From Dehalococcoidia bacterium (GTDB lineage: Bacteria; Chloroflexota; Dehalococcoidia; Plut-88900): a DNA stretch of 64,000 nucleotides. This document shows positions 63,456 through 64,000 of the stretch, in pieces (position 1 is the stretch's first letter; each line of letters starts with the position of its first letter). The stretch is taken from positions 32,001-96,000 of the forward strand of contig CBDBLV010000005.1 in the NCBI GenBank assembly GCA_965207225.1, given 5' to 3'. Both the position numbers and the translations under genes were made by a program. The notes under the pieces were generated by a model that saw nothing but the letters and a program-made list of their open reading frames with translations, was not told the DNA's origin and ran no database searches.

Positions 63456-64000
63456 ATGCTGCTAGATGATTTAGTTAAAGCAATCGAAACCGTCCAGAAG
63501 CGGATAGACGACCACAGGGACAGTCTCAGCCAAAACGAATACCGGACGCGCATATCCCTTATTGACCCTATATTGAACGCTCTCGGGTGGGATGTTGCGA
63601 ACCCAGCATTGGTGACAATTGAGGACCACCATTCAGGTAGCGGAACCCCCGACTATGGGTTACTGGGCAAGGAGAAGAGTCAACCCATAGCCTTTATTGA
63701 GGCCAAAAGACTAGGCGAGCACCTAGATGCTCACCAAGATCAGATTTTCAAATACACCTGGGATCGCAAAGTGTTTTACGCTGCTCTTACTGACGGCAGT
63801 CGATGGATTCTCAGGGACGTAACTGCGGAGTTTTCACGACCGCCTCGTGAGGGTCTTCTCCTAGACTTGACTCTAGCCGACGAAACGCCTCACCAGTGTG
63901 CGCTAAAGCTATTGTTGCTCTGGCGGCAAACATTCGTAGACGGGCAGCCCATTGAGGCGAATAGGCCGATATTCGTCACGCCTCCAGATCCTAAGCCTCC
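63456..64000 (+). CDS. HsdR N-terminal-like restriction endonuclease domain protein (partial)
   Basis: Manual translation NEYRTRISLIDPILNALGWD...PDYGL...IEAKR...LTDG..W; runs off the window. Confidence 0.8.
   Translation, partial: MLLDDLVKAIETVQKRIDDHRDSLSQNEYRTRISLIDPILNALGWDVANPALVTIEDHHSGSGTPDYGLLGKEKSQPIAFIEAKRLGEHLDAHQDQIFKYTWDRKVFYAALTDGSRWILRDVTAEFSRPPREGLLLDLTLADETPHQCALKLLLLWRQTFVDGQPIEANRPIFVTPPDPKP

Overview
GC-rich bacterial chromosomal window. Gene content (tandem LLM flavin monooxygenases, CoA-transferase III, SDR, amidohydrolases, tandem MFS paralogs, ThyX, PT-linker lipoproteins, unlinked 23S rRNA) suggests Chloroflexota/Dehalococcoidia, SAR202-like (inference). It holds about 55 protein genes, a stand-alone 23S rRNA plus tRNA-fMet unit with no 16S or 5S, toxin-antitoxin genes and remnants, comEA/comEC, a glcDEF glycolate cluster, ftsH and greA. 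The main signals the ORF track misses: (1) two divergent copies of a ~550-nt non-coding element (~35660-36197 + and ~42029-42592 -), each behind a near-identical TTGACA-N17-TATCAT promoter, with conserved long-range pairings, one copy directly downstream of a GxxExxY nuclease gene, i.e. a candidate new large structured ncRNA or mobile system; (2) two adjacent genes with in-frame TGA at their catalytic Cys (ArsC/Spx-like UxxC; rhodanese UQGGIR), i.e. likely selenoproteins; (3) a 6S-like rod RNA candidate at 15567-15781; (4) an expansion in 23S helix 63; (5) several dispersed repeat families, including helically phased GATTGA arrays. All calls are by eye; no database searches or folding programs were run.
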